From Pyrodictiaceae archaeon (GTDB taxonomy: Archaea; Thermoproteota; Thermoprotei_A; Sulfolobales; WAQK01), in contig WAQK01000097.1 in the NCBI GenBank assembly GCA_015520265.1, positions 30,141-54,140 on the forward strand: a stretch of 24,000 nt of DNA, read 5' to 3'. Positions 1-6,750 of this stretch are shown here, one piece after another. Position 1 is the first letter of the stretch. Each line of letters begins with the position of its first letter. A program made the translations under genes and the position numbers. The notes under the pieces were generated by a model, which saw only the letters and a list, made by a program, of their open reading frames with translations, was not told the origin of the DNA and searched no databases.

Positions 1-1
1 C

Positions 2-1105
2 CTCTCCTACATGGAGAGTTTGTGGATCAAGAGCTACAAGCAGCTGCCCAAAAAATACTATCAGGTCGTCAGCATATTCAGATATGAGACAAAGGCCACC
101 AGGGCGATGATCAGGCTCAGGGAGGTCACTACGTTCAAGGAGGCACACACGCTCCACGCCGACTACGAGGACACGGAGAGGCAGGTGTTGGAAGCCATAG
201 AGATCTACAAGGAGATCTACGATGACCTCGGCATACCTTACATCATATCTAAGAGGCCCGACTGGGATAAATTTGCAGGAGCCCTCTACACCATAGCCTT
301 CGACACAGTGATGCCGGATGGCAGAGTGCTCCAGATAGGGACAGTACATAACTTGGGCCAGAGCTTCACCAAAGCATTCGAAGTGAAGATACAGCTTGAG
401 GACGGCTCGCTCGACTACGCGTGGCAAACCAGCTACGGAATATCGGACAGGATAGTGGCCACGTTGCTCTCGGTCCACGGCGATGACCGCGGGGCAGTGT
501 TGCCTCCCAACGTGGCGCCCATACAGGTGGTAGTTGTTCCCATACCCGTGGCAGGCGGGATTGGAGAGGATCTCCGAAGCTATGTGGATAAAGTAGTTGC
601 TCTCCTGAAATCCCGGGGATTCAGGGTTCACGTGGATGACCGCGAGGACGTTAGACCTGGAGCCAAGTATTATGAATGGGAACTCAGGGGGGTTCCCGTA
701 AGGTTAGAGATAGGGGGCCGCGAGGTCGAAGAATCCACGGTAACGGTTGCCCGTAGGGACACGCTGGAGAAAACCATGGTCAAACTGGAAGAGCTTGTCG
801 ACCATCTGGAGGAGGTCTTCGAGGATATCCGGAGGAACCTTAAGGAGAAGGCGTGGAGATTCCTGGAGGAGAACGTGTTCCGGACCACGAGCTTAGAAGA
901 GGCTAGGAAAGCCATAGCGGAGAAGAGGGGGATCGTGGAGCTACCCTGGTGCGGCTCTGATGAGTGCGGGCTCAAGATGGAGGAGCTGATAGATGCTAAG
1001 TGTCTGGGCAGCCCGCTGGAGCGGCCCAGCTGGGTTAGGGGTGTCAGGTGCCCCGTCTGCGGCGGCGGTGCTGTGACCTCGATGAGGCTGGCCAAAACTT
1101 ATTAG
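2..1105 (+). CDS. proS: Prolyl-tRNA synthetase, archaeal/eukaryal type (5'-partial, continues upstream of the window)
   Basis: The frame is open from the window edge (L-S-Y precedes the listed Met). Class II core and anticodon-binding region are present (SYGISDRIVATLL, APIQVVVVPIP). The C-terminal Cys-rich domain (WCGSDECG...CPVCGG) ends in the terminal Tyr (LAKTY) typical of archaeal-type ProRS. Confidence 0.9.
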   Translation, partial: LSYMESLWIKSYKQLPKKYYQVVSIFRYETKATRAMIRLREVTTFKEAHTLHADYEDTERQVLEAIEIYKEIYDDLGIPYIISKRPDWDKFAGALYTIAFDTVMPDGRVLQIGTVHNLGQSFTKAFEVKIQLEDGSLDYAWQTSYGISDRIVATLLSVHGDDRGAVLPPNVAPIQVVVVPIPVAGGIGEDLRSYVDKVVALLKSRGFRVHVDDREDVRPGAKYYEWELRGVPVRLEIGGREVEESTVTVARRDTLEKTMVKLEELVDHLEEVFEDIRRNLKEKAWRFLEENVFRTTSLEEARKAIAEKRGIVELPWCGSDECGLKMEELIDAKCLGSPLERPSWVRGVRCPVCGGGAVTSMRLAKTY

Positions 1106-1139
1106 AAAGCACCCAGAACCTTAGCCAGGTGCAAAAGTT

Positions 1140-1424
1140 ATGCCCAAGAAGAGGGAGAACAGAGGCAGACACAAAGGTGACAAGGGTAAGGTTGGATACA
1201 TCCAGTGCGACAATTGTGGAAGAAAGGTTCCAGCCGACAAGGCTGTTTGCATAACCAGGATGTACTCGCCGGTAGACCCGCAGCTGGCGAGGGAGCTGGA
1301 GAAGAAGGGCGCGATAATAATGAGGTACCCGGTCACCAAGTGCTACTGTATATCCTGCGCAATCCACTATGGTATACTGAAGGTCAGACCCGAAGCCGAG
1401 AGAAAGAAGGCGCCCGTGGTTTGA
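1140..1424 (+). CDS. rps26e: 30S ribosomal protein eS26
   Basis: The 94-aa product MPKKRENRGRHKGDKGKVGYIQCDNCGRKVPADKAV...KCYCISCAIH has the S26e Cys pattern and a basic N-terminus. It overlaps ORF 1205..1969 only because that ORF is an over-extension. Confidence 0.9.
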   Translation: MPKKRENRGRHKGDKGKVGYIQCDNCGRKVPADKAVCITRMYSPVDPQLARELEKKGAIIMRYPVTKCYCISCAIHYGILKVRPEAERKKAPVV

Positions 1425-1969
1425 GGAGGATATTTCTCCTCATACACCGTCCAACCCCTAGTCCTGACTTTCCTCTGAAAGGCTATGCATCGGCTAGCCG
1501 TAGGTTCGACGTCGCTGCACGCGTCGCCATAGCAGCTCTCTACACGGCCGAGGGCCTCAGGAGGGATACGACGCTCTACATATACCTTGCCGACACGGGC
1601 AAAACGTTGACGCTCAACGCCGACACCCTCGGCCCGATGAAACCACACGAGGTTGAGGTTCTCTCACTGCTGAGATCCATGCTGGCGGATGCGCCTATAA
1701 TGAATCTGGAGAGGATCCTGGATGAACACATACCCGCTGGTTTCGTCAAGATCTATCTCACCGAGAAGGGCGGGAAGCTAGACACTTTTCTTGGCGCCCT
1801 CTGCCGGGCGCCAGGCGTGGTCGTGGCATTGGGAGGAAAGGAGGATGTACCTCCCGAGCTAGAAAAACTGCTTGTAAGGAAGGGATTCGACCTAGTCTCG
1901 CTAGGCCCTTTCAGCTACCTTGCAAGCCACTGTGTTGCCTTCATCCACATGGTGCTGGACGGCTGCTAG
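1421..1969 (+). CDS. trmY: tRNA (pseudouridine54-N1)-methyltransferase TrmY (SPOUT / DUF358 family)
   Basis: The track ORF starts at 1205 inside eS26 in another frame. An in-frame TTG at 1421 overlaps the eS26 stop (GTTTGA) and gives MRRIFLLIHRP.... TrmY-like motifs are RFDVAARV, RRDTTLYIYL and the C-terminal SLGPFSYLASHC. The exact start is uncertain. Confidence 0.7.
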   Translation: MRRIFLLIHRPTPSPDFPLKGYASASRRFDVAARVAIAALYTAEGLRRDTTLYIYLADTGKTLTLNADTLGPMKPHEVEVLSLLRSMLADAPIMNLERILDEHIPAGFVKIYLTEKGGKLDTFLGALCRAPGVVVALGGKEDVPPELEKLLVRKGFDLVSLGPFSYLASHCVAFIHMVLDGC

Positions 1970-2583
1970 TCGCCTGACTTCAGGAATCTGTAGTAGTAGA
2001 TGCTTCTCTCAAGCACGGTGTACAGGCTGAGCACGGCCAGCACCGCTAGCGCGTAGTCGCCCCATCTAGGCTCGTAGCTGTAAAGTGCTGCCACGAGGAT
2101 TAGTGCTAGTATCCGGTCGCCTCGCTCCATGAGCCCGATGCCCTCCTCCTCAACTAGGCCGAGTGAAGCCGATCTGGCCTTGCTGTAGCTTGTAACCAGT
2201 GCGAAGCCCATGGCTAGCGACGCTAGTACAGGGTTAAGGCCCAGGACTATGAGGGAGACGTAGTAGAAGGCGTCTGCCAACCTATCCGTGGTGGAGTCGA
2301 GGAAGGCGCCCGCTCTGGAGGCAGTGCCGGTGAGCCTTGCCACGCTGCCGTCGAGGGCGTCTAATAGGCCGGAGAACCCTATGAAGAAGGCCACGAGGAG
2401 GGATTCGCCCCTATAGGCGAAGTATATTGGGAGGAGGGAGCCCAGGAGGCCCAGCAACGTAACCTGGTCGGCCGAAAGGCCTGCCCTGACGAGGAGCCTG
2501 GCGGGGGCTTCTAGGAGCCTTCTAGCTACGGGTCGTAGCTTGGTGAGCACGTGGAACCCCACCTCTACTGGTGTGGAGCACAA
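1966..2583 (-). CDS. CDP-alcohol phosphatidyltransferase (archaetidylinositol-phosphate/archaetidylserine synthase-like)
   Basis: It carries the family signature D-G-x2-A-R-x8-G-x3-D-x3-D (DALDGSVARLTGTASRAGAFLDSTTDRLAD). The protein is multi-pass hydrophobic. The head-group specificity cannot be read from the sequence. Confidence 0.8.
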   Translation of the reverse strand: MCSTPVEVGFHVLTKLRPVARRLLEAPARLLVRAGLSADQVTLLGLLGSLLPIYFAYRGESLLVAFFIGFSGLLDALDGSVARLTGTASRAGAFLDSTTDRLADAFYYVSLIVLGLNPVLASLAMGFALVTSYSKARSASLGLVEEEGIGLMERGDRILALILVAALYSYEPRWGDYALAVLAVLSLYTVLERSIYYYRFLKSGD

Positions 2584-2599
2584 TATAAAAGGCTAGGAG

Positions 2600-3436
2600 C
2601 TACAGTTGTTCGCAGATCTCCTTCATAACCAGCGCATCCCGATCGAGCAGGGGGCTCTCTGATATTATAACGCTATCCACTCCGAGTTCTTTGAGGGCCT
2701 CGCATACGTGGCGGAACTCGGGCCCGTATTCCTGGGCAGCTATTACGTGGTGCCTCCTTTCGCCGCCCTTGCCGTACTCTATTCTGGAGAAGTGCTGGTG
2801 CAACGGCTTCAGGGCTTCCGGATCGAAGTGCTTCTCTATGAAGTCTATTACCTTAACCACATGGTCCTTGGACAATATGTGGCCTCCCTCGCTCCGGGCG
2901 TAGAGGTGGGCCCAGTCCACGGTGGGTCTGCACCGGTCTACGGCAGAACATATCTCGGCCAGGTCTTCCAGGGAGCCTATCTGGCTGGACTTACCCGTGG
3001 TCTCGGGGCCCAGCCAGGGCTTGGATACGCCCAGGACCCTGGCCTCCTCCCACACCCTGTTCAGCGCCTCTATGGTTCTCCGCAGCGCCTCCTCTCTGGC
3101 TAGGTTCTTGAAGTATCCAGGGTGGAACACGACGATGTAGGCCTTCATCCACTCAGCTGCCTGGAGGGACTGGACTATCCTTCTAATACTGGCCTCCACG
3201 GTCTCCTGCTTGTCGGCGGCGAGGTTAATGAAGTAGGGTGCGTGAAGCGACATAATGACATCGTATTTCACGGCCTCCTCCCCCAGTAGCCGGGCCTTCT
3301 CCTCCTTTATGTTAACGCCCCTCACTGCCTCATACTCTAGGGCGTCCAATCCCAGCTCGGCCAGGTAGCTGGGAACCTTCTCCATAGGGCCCTTGAAGTC
3401 TACGGGCTTGCCCGCTGGTCCGAACCTTATACGCAT
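2600..3436 (-). CDS. Endonuclease IV-like / xylose-isomerase-like TIM-barrel protein (probable AP endonuclease)
   Basis: The 278-aa product starts MRIRFGPAG and contains LGLDALEYE, SLHAPYFINL, VVFHPGY and GPETTGK. This matches the metal-binding strand pattern of the Nfo/AP-endonuclease-2 family. Confidence 0.7.
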   Translation of the reverse strand: MRIRFGPAGKPVDFKGPMEKVPSYLAELGLDALEYEAVRGVNIKEEKARLLGEEAVKYDVIMSLHAPYFINLAADKQETVEASIRRIVQSLQAAEWMKAYIVVFHPGYFKNLAREEALRRTIEALNRVWEEARVLGVSKPWLGPETTGKSSQIGSLEDLAEICSAVDRCRPTVDWAHLYARSEGGHILSKDHVVKVIDFIEKHFDPEALKPLHQHFSRIEYGKGGERRHHVIAAQEYGPEFRHVCEALKELGVDSVIISESPLLDRDALVMKEICEQL

Positions 3437-3548
3437 CCCAGGGCACCCATAGGATTATTGCTCCAAGCTCCATTAACAGTTCCGCCTGAGCCGGGTGGGG
3501 GAAAGTTTAAGAGCCCCATCATGAACCTGTAGGCGGGGTGTGGATGCA

Positions 3549-3716
3549 GTGCCTGTAACGGACCCGGTGAAGCTGGAGATCGTCTACAACCGCGTCCTGA
3601 ACAAGATGGTATGCAGGAAGTGCGGGGCACTAAACCCTCCAGGAGCCAAGAAGTGCAGGAGATGCAGGAGCAAAAACCTGAGGCCCAAGAAGAAGGGTGC
3701 AGGGTTCAAGAGGTAG
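3549..3716 (+). CDS. rpl40e: 50S ribosomal protein eL40
   Basis: It is absent from the ORF track because it is under 60 aa with a GTG start. Translation gives (M)[54 protein letters not shown] with TAG at 3714..3716. The CxxC...CxxC zinc ribbon and the PxTDP N-terminus are typical of L40e. An alternative in-frame GTG lies at 3540. A TATA-like AAAGTTTAAG sits at about 3501..3510. Confidence 0.85.
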   Translation: MPVTDPVKLEIVYNRVLNKMVCRKCGALNPPGAKKCRRCRSKNLRPKKKGAGFKR

Positions 3717-3743
3717 CGCGTGCCCCCGGCTCTGCGTCCCGCA

Positions 3744-4328
3744 TCATACTTTGAAGGAGCACTCCTTGAGCCTCCTTTCTATAACGCTTCTCTCATCTTC
3801 GGGGAAATATTCCAGGCTTCTCTTGATCAGGCGGGGGTTAAGCTTCAGCTTACCCCTGGCAGCGAGCTTTGATATCTCCCTCAGCCTCTCCAGATCCTCC
3901 TCGCCGCCAGCCCTAGCCTTGAGCACCACGTAGTCCTCGGGCTGGATCACCTTGACATCAACGCCGCTTATCCTCTTCGTGGTAGCGGACTCCAGTATTG
4001 CGGGAGGAATGTAGAAGTCGTGAATGTTCTCGTAGAATTCTACTGGTAGGTCGCCCGACTTCACCCTAGCCACGAGCCTCGGCGTCCCTAGGTCAGTGTA
4101 GCCGAACCCCCAGCCCAGCTCCTCGGCCAGGGCCCGGTAGAAGTCCTCCTCTATAAGGGGGCTCATGTTTAGGGGGAAGAGGTCAAGGTCGCCGCTGAGC
4201 CTCTGTGCCTTGATGGCCAGCTCCACGGAGGTTCCACCTATTACTACAGCGTCCACGCCCCGTTGGAATAGCTCCTTCATGACGTGCGCCAGGTCGCTGA
4301 CAAGGTACATTGCTGGCACCCTAGGCAC
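3744..4328 (-). CDS. Predicted nucleotidyltransferase-fold protein (MNT/DUF2204-like), function unknown
   Basis: The N-terminal part reads VVIGGTSVEL...SGDLDLF, resembling the G-[GS]...D-x-D minimal nucleotidyltransferase motif. The C-terminal part is helical and charged. The likely start is the internal Met (MYLVSD). No adjacent HEPN partner is present. Confidence 0.45.
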   Translation of the reverse strand: MPRVPAMYLVSDLAHVMKELFQRGVDAVVIGGTSVELAIKAQRLSGDLDLFPLNMSPLIEEDFYRALAEELGWGFGYTDLGTPRLVARVKSGDLPVEFYENIHDFYIPPAILESATTKRISGVDVKVIQPEDYVVLKARAGGEEDLERLREISKLAARGKLKLNPRLIKRSLEYFPEDERSVIERRLKECSFKV

Positions 4329-4373
4329 ATATCAAGCCAACATGGGTTATAACGGTACCGAGGCAGGAGTAGG

Positions 4374-4380
4374 TATTTAA
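4374..4380 (+). promoter_or_regulatory. TATA-box-like element upstream of tRNA-Cys
   Basis: TATTTAA is centred about 31 nt upstream of tRNA position 1 (4408). This spacing fits an archaeal TATA/BRE promoter. Confidence 0.35.
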
Positions 4381-4407
4381 CCCCACCGGATTACCATGTA
4401 TTATTGG

Positions 4408-4518
4408 GCCGGGGTGGCCGAGCGGTCTAAGGCGGCGGGCTGCAGTGGAGCGCCCGCAACAGGGTCCGCCCATCGGAGACCCGCTATTTCGCGGGTTCGA
4501 ATCCCGCCCCCGGCTCCA
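4408..4518 (+). tRNA. tRNA-Cys(GCA) with a 33-nt intron at 37/38 (about 4446..4478), CCA encoded
   Basis: The hand fold is GCCGGGG-UG-GCCG/AGCGGUCUA/AGGC-G-GCGGG-CUGCAG[intron]A-CCCGC-UAUUUC-GCGGG-UUCGAAU-CCCGC-CCCCGGC-U-CCA. The anticodon GCA is at 4442..4444. The discriminator is U73 and the acceptor stem is GCCGGGG/CCCCGGC, as I recall for archaeal tRNA-Cys. The BHB is relaxed, with 3 of 4 central pairs. The variable loop has 6 nt in this fold. Confidence 0.7.
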
Positions 4519-4565
4519 CACATTTCTTATACCCTGCTGGGACCAGATAGGCTAGGGCGTAACGT

Positions 4566-5222
4566 ATGGGTCTGCTAGTAGAACGATTCGAGCTTGGTCC
4601 TCTAGCCACTAACTGCTACCTGGTATACAAAGGGGATCGGGCCATAGTTGTGGATCCGGGGTGGCCTTCTGAAGTTGATGCTGTGTATAGGAGGGTGCGT
4701 GAGCTGGGACTGCGGGTTGAGGCAATTGTGGCTACCCACGGTCATTTCGACCACGTCCTAGGTGTAGGGAGGTTTAGAAGGCTTCTGGGCTACGAGCCTC
4801 CATTCATGGCGCATAGGAGCGACGTGTCGATGATAATGTCCGCACATCTGGTGGCCGAGCAGTGGCTTGGCGTGCGCGTCGACCCTCCACCTATGCCTGA
4901 CGACTTCCTAAGGGAGGGCTCGATTATTATGTTGGACAATGTAGGTCTCAAAGTCTGGGAGACCCCAGGCCACTCGCCCGGCAGCATAACCCTTCTCGCG
5001 GAGGACTCTGCCCTGGTTGGCGACGTGTTATTCAGGGGCTCTATTGGGCGCGTAGACCTGCCCGGCGGCTCCTGGAAGGAGATGAGGAGGAGCTTGCTAC
5101 GTCTAGCAGGTCTGCCGGGGGAAACCAGGATCTATCCCGGCCATGGACCCCCTACGACCATCGAGCTGGAACTGGCTGACAATTACTTTGTCAGAGGGGC
5201 GTTAGTGGGCAGCGAAACATAA
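4566..5222 (+). CDS. MBL-fold metallo-hydrolase (glyoxalase II-like)
   Basis: It has the H-x-H-x-D-H motif (ATHGHFDHV) followed by TPGHSPGS and a C-terminal YPGHGP. This is the typical beta-lactamase-fold zinc ligand set. Confidence 0.85.
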   Translation: MGLLVERFELGPLATNCYLVYKGDRAIVVDPGWPSEVDAVYRRVRELGLRVEAIVATHGHFDHVLGVGRFRRLLGYEPPFMAHRSDVSMIMSAHLVAEQWLGVRVDPPPMPDDFLREGSIIMLDNVGLKVWETPGHSPGSITLLAEDSALVGDVLFRGSIGRVDLPGGSWKEMRRSLLRLAGLPGETRIYPGHGPPTTIELELADNYFVRGALVGSET

Positions 5223-5272
5223 TTCAGGACCCGGAGTCAGGGTAACGGCTAGGCGAGGGGTGTAGCCCGGCG

Positions 5273-6046
5273 GTGTCAGCCCTCATAATGTTCCTCCTCG
5301 TCGTCCTGTTCTCCATAATAGTTGTACGTATAGGGACTGTGGCCCTAAAAATGACGGGTCTTTCCCGGGATGTGGCAGCGTTCCAGGCCCAGTCGGCCTT
5401 CTCGGGCGTAGGTTTCACCACATCTGAGTCGGAATACGTGGTTTCGCACCCTGTTAGGAGGAGGATCATCAGGATTCTCATGTTGCTGGGAAGCGCTGGG
5501 TTCACCTCGGCCCTGGCCACCCTGGTACTTACTTTCGTCAACACGACGCCTGCCGAGAGCCTAGAGAGGGCCATGTGGCTGGCTGTAGGGTTGGGTGCAC
5601 TTCTTTTCTTCGGCAAATCGAAGCTTGTGGATCGTGGCCTCAGCTGGCTCATAGAGAGGGCGCTGGATCGTTTCACCACTATAAGGGTGTACGACTACGA
5701 GCAGCTCCTGGGCCTTAGCAGGGGCTATACTATATCGATGTTCAAGGTGAGGAGAGACAGCTGGCTAGCAGGTAGAAGGCTGAGGGACCTCCGCCTGGAT
5801 GAGGAGGGTGTCCTTGTGCTCTCGATCTACAGGAGGGTTGACGGGGAGGAGAGGTTCATCGGGGCGCCCCATGGGGACACCGAAATAATGGTTGGAGACA
5901 CTTTGGTCTGTTACGGGCCCGAGGATACTCTGCTCAACCTCTCCAAGAGGCTTAAGGGACCTGTTGGCGATAGGGAGCATGCAGAGGCGGTTAAGATGGA
6001 GAAGCTCAGGGAGCAGAGGAGACAGATGACGGGCGGCTATGACTAA
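5273..6046 (+). CDS. Membrane protein with C-terminal TrkA-C (RCK_C) domain, putative K+/ion transport-associated
   Basis: It has a GTG start. Hydrophobic N-terminal segments include a FSGVGFTTSE pore-loop-like stretch. The C-terminal part, RRLRDLRLDEEGVLVLSIYR...GDTEIMVGDTLVCYG, matches the TrkA-C fold pattern. Confidence 0.6.
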   Translation: MSALIMFLLVVLFSIIVVRIGTVALKMTGLSRDVAAFQAQSAFSGVGFTTSESEYVVSHPVRRRIIRILMLLGSAGFTSALATLVLTFVNTTPAESLERAMWLAVGLGALLFFGKSKLVDRGLSWLIERALDRFTTIRVYDYEQLLGLSRGYTISMFKVRRDSWLAGRRLRDLRLDEEGVLVLSIYRRVDGEERFIGAPHGDTEIMVGDTLVCYGPEDTLLNLSKRLKGPVGDREHAEAVKMEKLREQRRQMTGGYD

Positions 6047-6149
6047 TAATAATTAAAAATCTTGATTTATCCTCGTATCTCTGGGTGAAACCTGGCCGAA
6101 GTAAGGGAGAGACGCGGGGTGCCTGGCCATAACCAGGGAGGGTCGGTGG

Positions 6150-6671
6150 TTGAATGCTGAAGTAGTCTGGCTTCCCCTAAGGGCCTTCACAGACCCATAC
6201 TGGGTTCCATGGGTGCCTACGCGTAGAGAGCTACTCGACACGATATTCTCGCTAGTTAAGCCTACGGCGAGGGATGTATTCTACGACCTGGGCTCGGGCG
6301 ACGGCAGAGTCGTGGTAGAGGCTGCTAGGAGGGGTGCTGGAAAAGCTGTAGGTATAGAAAGGAATCCCGAACTCGTGGCTGAGGCTTGGAGACTTGCACA
6401 TAGGGAGGGTGTGGCTGATCGGGTCAAGTTCATTCTTGGAGACTTCTTCTCTATACCCATAAGGGACGCCACCATAGTCTACATGTACCTGTTAACGAGG
6501 ATCAACAGGATGTTGAGGAGGAAGCTGGAGGCGGAACTAAGGCTTGGAACCCGCATAATAACTCTAGACTTCGAGATACCCGGGTGGCGCCCCGTCCACG
6601 TCGTGTCAAGGAGTGTCGGCGGGATGGAGAGAACTATTTATCTTTACGTGAAAGGCGTCTCCAACCCCTGA
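6150..6671 (+). CDS. Crenarchaeal protein-lysine methyltransferase aKMT-like (class I SAM methyltransferase)
   Basis: It has a TTG start. The layout WVPWVPT...VFYDLGSGDGRVVVEAARRG..KAVGIE...GDFF...ATIVYMYLL...KLEAEL..GTRIITLDFEIPGW...TIYLYV parallels the Sulfolobus aKMT sequence as I recall it (YVPT..DLGCGDGR..AVGVE..FEIRGW..VYLYV). SAM motif I is explicit. Confidence 0.65.
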   Translation: MNAEVVWLPLRAFTDPYWVPWVPTRRELLDTIFSLVKPTARDVFYDLGSGDGRVVVEAARRGAGKAVGIERNPELVAEAWRLAHREGVADRVKFILGDFFSIPIRDATIVYMYLLTRINRMLRRKLEAELRLGTRIITLDFEIPGWRPVHVVSRSVGGMERTIYLYVKGVSNP

Positions 6672-6750
6672 ACCTTCGCCGCCAGGTCAAAAGCTTAAAC
6701 CATTCCTCTGAAAGATATATCTGTGGTAGGAATATCTGGAGCGTCACATA

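Noticed and set aside
1205-1420. N-terminal 72 codons of the track ORF 1205..1969
   Set aside because: This stretch overlaps the well-supported eS26 gene in another frame and has Arg/Gly-rich shadow composition. TrmY similarity begins only at the in-frame TTG at 1421.
4408-4518. Class II tRNA (Ser/Leu) interpretation of the 111-nt tRNA gene
   Set aside because: Using the first CCCGC (4453..4457) as the 3' anticodon stem leaves a 13-nt loop and a 33-nt variable region. No Ser or Leu anticodon sits in a U33-N34-36-R37 context. The Cys(GCA)+intron fold explains the length, U73 and the acceptor stem.
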